Assembly (NCBI GenBank): GCA_000002445.1
Contig: AL929603.2
Location: forward strand, 96,001-160,000
From: Trypanosoma brucei
Lineage: Eukaryota
Length of the DNA: 64,000 nucleotides
Reading direction: 5' to 3'
Below the pieces are notes generated by a model, which was not told the DNA's origin, ran no database searches, and saw only the letters and a program-made list of their open reading frames with translations. Below, in pieces: positions 60,384 through 64,000 of this stretch; position 1 is the first letter of the stretch, and each line of letters opens with the position of its first letter. The translations under genes and the position numbers were made by a program.

Positions 60384-62411
60384 ATGAATCAGAATGGCGG
60401 TAGTGTGGGAGATACTCGGAATGTTTTAAATGGATGGTTGAATGGTGCGTACCGCCCGATGAAGAGACAAGCCGGCCGAGAAAACGAGAACCCATCAGAA
60501 ACCGGAGAGGGCAAGTCTCTCGAAGAGAAATTATATGAATCCATATACAATGCGAAATTGAGTCATATTATCATCGACGATGGAACTCAACCATTGGGAA
60601 TGAGGTTGGTTGATGGAATGCCCAATGAAGGTTTGATGTGGAAGGATGAGGAAGTTAATGTCGTGCCTGAAATTGAGGAAACTCTTGAACAGAAGCCGGA
60701 ACGCACTAAAGGAGTTGAGCTGTTGGTTCTTACCTCAGAAATGGGTTGGCCATATACAGGCTTTGCCCGGGGAAGTAACAGTGACATATTCATTCGCAGA
60801 GAAGAGCTCCGTGTATGGAATGTTGTAAGGAATGGAATTGAATTATGGCGTACACAACGTGTTATACCGGGATGTCTTTATTTACCACGATCATACGTTG
60901 CCATCGGTAATCCTGGGATTGGCAAATCTCAGAATTTGGGTTCTTTTATCCTCTACAAGTTACTGCATTATGATGCGGAAGAGTTGCCTGTTGTTGCGTA
61001 CTTCCGTGGTGTAGCCGCATATATATTTGAGAAATCAAGTGGTGGTGGCGTTGGCAGAGTTAAAAAGTACAGTAAAGGTGCAGCAATGGACTTGCTAGAG
61101 GTTATATCATCTAATACACGTGGTTATATTATTTATGACTTCGTCAACAAAGGCGAGCAGCCACCGGCAGATGTGGCTCCAAAATGGGGAAGCATTTTGA
61201 TCAGTTCACCCAATTTGAGAAATTTTGACAGCTGGCAAAAGCAACGTAAAGGCGCGTTTATTGTTGTTAACTGCTGGGCTATGAGTGAAATGCGGGCCTT
61301 CTTCTCACGTATTGGACCCAAGCTTTTTCCTCAAGCCACACCTGTTGAGTTGAGGGAAAAGTGGAACATGTATAAGGACCGTGTGGAGCGTGTCGGACCT
61401 TCACTTCGTTATGTGTTTGATGAAGTAATGTATGAACAGCAGCTTACTGCAGTGGACGGGGAATTGGGGAGTATTGTAGCAGGTAACAAGTACGGAATAT
61501 ATACTAAGGTACTGGACAACTGTGGGGAATGGAGAGAAAGTGACGCGTCTCACAAACTCGTGAAGATCGTTCGTATCAAAGCTCGAGAAGGAAACTTTTT
61601 TGACACGTATGTCTGCGTGGCGCATTCTGAATCTATAAAGAAAAGAATTTTGAATGTAGTGTTTTCCGGCATTGCTGAGGAGTGGGCACTGGTGTCTGGT
61701 ATGACGCGGGACGCATCTGTCATCGGGCATTATTTTGAGAAGAATGCAATTAAATATTTGTGTTCCCCCAAAGTGTTAACTTGTTTCGTAAGTCTAATAA
61801 CGAAACTTCCAGCAAATGAAAGGGCCAGACGCATGAGGACACGCAAAAGCATTTTGCAACACGTAAGGGATGGCCTCCTCAAAGTTGGTCGAACAAACAC
61901 AGTGCCAGGTGACATCAACTGGGCTGAGTCGGAGGGGGCTCCGGTGGAATTATATGTGCCATGCGTTTCCAACTTCCCCGTAGCGGATGCATTCTTTATT
62001 TTTGATGACAAGGAGGCTGCACAGGCTTCAGGAACCACAGGAAAGAAAACTATTGTGTTGTTGCAGTTTACTGTTGCCAGCAGCCATCACACAACAACCG
62101 ACGAATTCATTCATTTGTTACAATCCCTCTTTCCAAGTGCGGAGGGGGGAGGTCACCAGAATGAGGCTACCGTTGAACAGTTGAAGGAAATTACTGAGAT
62201 GTTTCACTGGGAAATCATTTACGTTCAGCACTTCGAATCCACAGCGATGAGGTCTGAGCAGAAGTGTGAAATTACGCAGGGTAAGGCAAAGCACCGCAGT
62301 CACCAGTTTGTGGAGGGATTCTGGAAGAACAATGTGCAGCAGTACCATGTGCAGTATGAGGATAACATAGTTACCAAAATGCTTGCGGTGGCTGCTGTGG
62401 GCCGAAGGTAA
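60384..62411 (+). CDS. RHS: RHS (retrotransposon hot spot) protein, 675 aa, apparently intact, with an empty ingi/RIME target site
   Basis: The translation reads MNQNGG...LYESIYNAKLSHIIIDDGTQPLGMRLVDG...FIRREELRVWNVVRNG...AIGNPGIGKSQNLGSFILYKLLHYDAEELPVVAYFRGVAAYIFEK.... The P-loop is present and the ORF runs uninterrupted to a stop. Confidence 0.85.
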   Translation: MNQNGGSVGDTRNVLNGWLNGAYRPMKRQAGRENENPSETGEGKSLEEKLYESIYNAKLSHIIIDDGTQPLGMRLVDGMPNEGLMWKDEEVNVVPEIEETLEQKPERTKGVELLVLTSEMGWPYTGFARGSNSDIFIRREELRVWNVVRNGIELWRTQRVIPGCLYLPRSYVAIGNPGIGKSQNLGSFILYKLLHYDAEELPVVAYFRGVAAYIFEKSSGGGVGRVKKYSKGAAMDLLEVISSNTRGYIIYDFVNKGEQPPADVAPKWGSILISSPNLRNFDSWQKQRKGAFIVVNCWAMSEMRAFFSRIGPKLFPQATPVELREKWNMYKDRVERVGPSLRYVFDEVMYEQQLTAVDGELGSIVAGNKYGIYTKVLDNCGEWRESDASHKLVKIVRIKAREGNFFDTYVCVAHSESIKKRILNVVFSGIAEEWALVSGMTRDASVIGHYFEKNAIKYLCSPKVLTCFVSLITKLPANERARRMRTRKSILQHVRDGLLKVGRTNTVPGDINWAESEGAPVELYVPCVSNFPVADAFFIFDDKEAAQASGTTGKKTIVLLQFTVASSHHTTTDEFIHLLQSLFPSAEGGGHQNEATVEQLKEITEMFHWEIIYVQHFESTAMRSEQKCEITQGKAKHRSHQFVEGFWKNNVQQYHVQYEDNIVTKMLAVAAVGRR

Positions 62412-63499
62412 TTGACGAACCTCGGGCAAGCCAACAATGAAGTAATCACTGTGAAGAACGAATGAAAGGGCAAGAGGAGGCGTCACATTTTGTGTTGGAG
62501 TAATGAAGTTCAATCATCGTATATCCTGGACAGGCTTCTGGCAGCATAACGAACTTACAGTTGCGTTGGTGTAATCCTTTCGCAACTGTTTACATCCTCT
62601 CTATGATTCACCGCACGACGGAAGGCGTACGAAATCCGTGGTATCGATTGTATTTTGCGTTTGTTGTCACAATGAAATGGATAGTAACAATGGTATTACA
62701 TACATCCATTAATGGCAAGGTGGCAGCTTGTTGCGTCGTGTCTTATCATTTACATTTTTTTTATTCCTTGAATCGTTACGATTATCAAATCATTTTGTGA
62801 AAAACTAATTAAACACTGATATACAAGAGGATTGTGAGCACTGTTGTTGTATGGGTGTTAGCATTCTCATCTAGAAGGTTTCCTGTAAGTTCCCATTAAA
62901 ATCCTTATGTGTTGTGATGGCTTTCTTTATTTTCCCCCTTTCCTTCTGCCGTCCGCTGTGTTATTTTGTGACAGGCAGAATATTGATTCCCGCGTAGGGG
63001 TGCGATTGAGTAGGGATCCTCAGAGGCAAATGTGCGGAACCGTTTCGAGTTCTTAGCGCATTGCATGCAATTGTGATTCACGCTGTCTTGTTTAGGTTAG
63101 TATGGAGGGGTCATAAGTCTTGTGGTCTTCCACTGTGTTTGTTGGGGAATGTTGTGTCTTTACTGGCAGGGAAGGGGCACAACTCCTTATTAGTAGTAAG
63201 TAGGTTCTGCTTTATGGCGCTGAGCTGTCTTTTTGAGGGTGTTTGCTTTTGTGATTATCTTCCTAGAATGAGTGACTCACTGTGATGTCCTTTCCTACAG
63301 TGTAAACTGTCTCTGTCTCTGTTTCTGATTCTATTTTTGTTTATGCTTTTATCGCAAGCTTGTGAAGAATCAGGGGGCAAGTTTTCAGAAGTGTGGAATT
63401 CAATAAGGCGTTTCCATAGTAATAGGTTGCATGCGGCAATATATTTTTTGAATTGACTGCGTGGAGGCGAAAAAGGGCCAACTTGATCAATTAACAGTT

Positions 63500-64000
63500 C
63501 TATTGAGGATGTGCTGCTGGAAGATTATGCGGGTTTGGATGAAATGAAACTGCATGAAATTTTGAATCAATACATCTCAAACACGTATAACACAGAGAAT
63601 GTGGCCATGTTTTTGTTTGTTCAGAATCCGGGAAAATATATTAATGCTAATGTTCTTGAAGAAATAGAGGATACCGACGAGTTTCAATTACCGAGAGCAG
63701 TTATTTATTTGCCTCTAATGGAATTGAAGACATGCAGCAATGGGAGGAGAGGGCAACAGCGCAAATAAGGGAATTTGTTGGTCCCGTGGCGAGGGGAATG
63801 TTGGATGGAGCATTGGATACTGCCAAAGAAGCAAGGAAACGAGCTGACCAAACAGCTGGTGGTGCCGAACTGAAAGGAGTGTATGATTCTATGTACAATG
63901 CGACATGGGGTTATGTGGAGTCGGGTCACAATGATTTACCTCTTGGCATGAAGGTGGTGGGTAATTGTGACGGCGAGCCCGAGTTGTGGACAAAAGAGGA
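63500..64000 (+). pseudogene. RHS: RHS 5' fragment (same subfamily as 2052..3080), frameshifted, running off the window
   Basis: The ORF 63511..63768 reads LLEDYAGLDEMKLHEILNQYISNTYNTENVAMFLFVQNPGKYINANVLEEI.... The next frame reads ...IREFVGPVARGMLDGALDTAKEARKRADQTAGGAELKGVYDSMYNATWGYVESGHNDLPLGMKVVGNCDGEPELWTKE. Confidence 0.75.

Noticed and set aside
1-64000. Prokaryote-style features such as CRISPR arrays, operons or defence islands
   Set aside because: The ingi, RIME, RHS, GRESAG4 and ESAG8-like LRRP content identifies a kinetoplastid nuclear region. No direct-repeat/spacer arrays or bacterial gene organisation are present.

Overview
This window reads as a Trypanosoma brucei-type subtelomeric or chromosome-internal RHS/ingi cluster. 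It is a eukaryotic (kinetoplastid) region, AT-rich outside the genes, with no prokaryotic features. The dominant structure is a giant imperfect palindrome. The left arm is 4521..35074 and the right arm 35140..54711, around a 65-bp non-palindromic spacer at 35075..35139. Each arm carries an intact 1448-aa ESAG8-like leucine-rich-repeat protein (LRRP) gene, at 16972..21318 (+) and 44214..48560 (-). Each arm also carries an RHS pseudogene split by a retroelement at the same codon, with the same 12-bp target-site duplication (TSD) TTCTCCTTCACA. The left arm holds a full 5.2-kb degenerate ingi (26518..31723). The right arm holds only a 501-bp RIME (38471..38971). Each arm has an RHS 5' fragment, and the two fragments meet tail-to-tail at the centre. 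The left arm has a further 6.29-kb segment (9870..16160) that is absent from the right arm. This segment contains a frameshifted, truncated GRESAG4/ESAG4-type receptor adenylate cyclase pseudogene (12072..14958). The right-arm junction for that segment shows an 8-bp AACACAAA microhomology. Outside the palindrome, the left end has a second ingi (minus strand, 1..2051) inserted at the same RHS codon of another RHS copy (2052..3080). The right end has a direct array of RHS genes: a pseudogene at 55277..57022, an intact 675-aa gene at 60384..62411 and a 5' fragment at about 63500..64000. Arm-to-arm divergence rises from about 0 near the centre to about 3-5% nt (7-11% aa) farther out, which fits centre-driven gene conversion. 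Every call comes from reading the ORF translations and the raw sequence, with no database searches.
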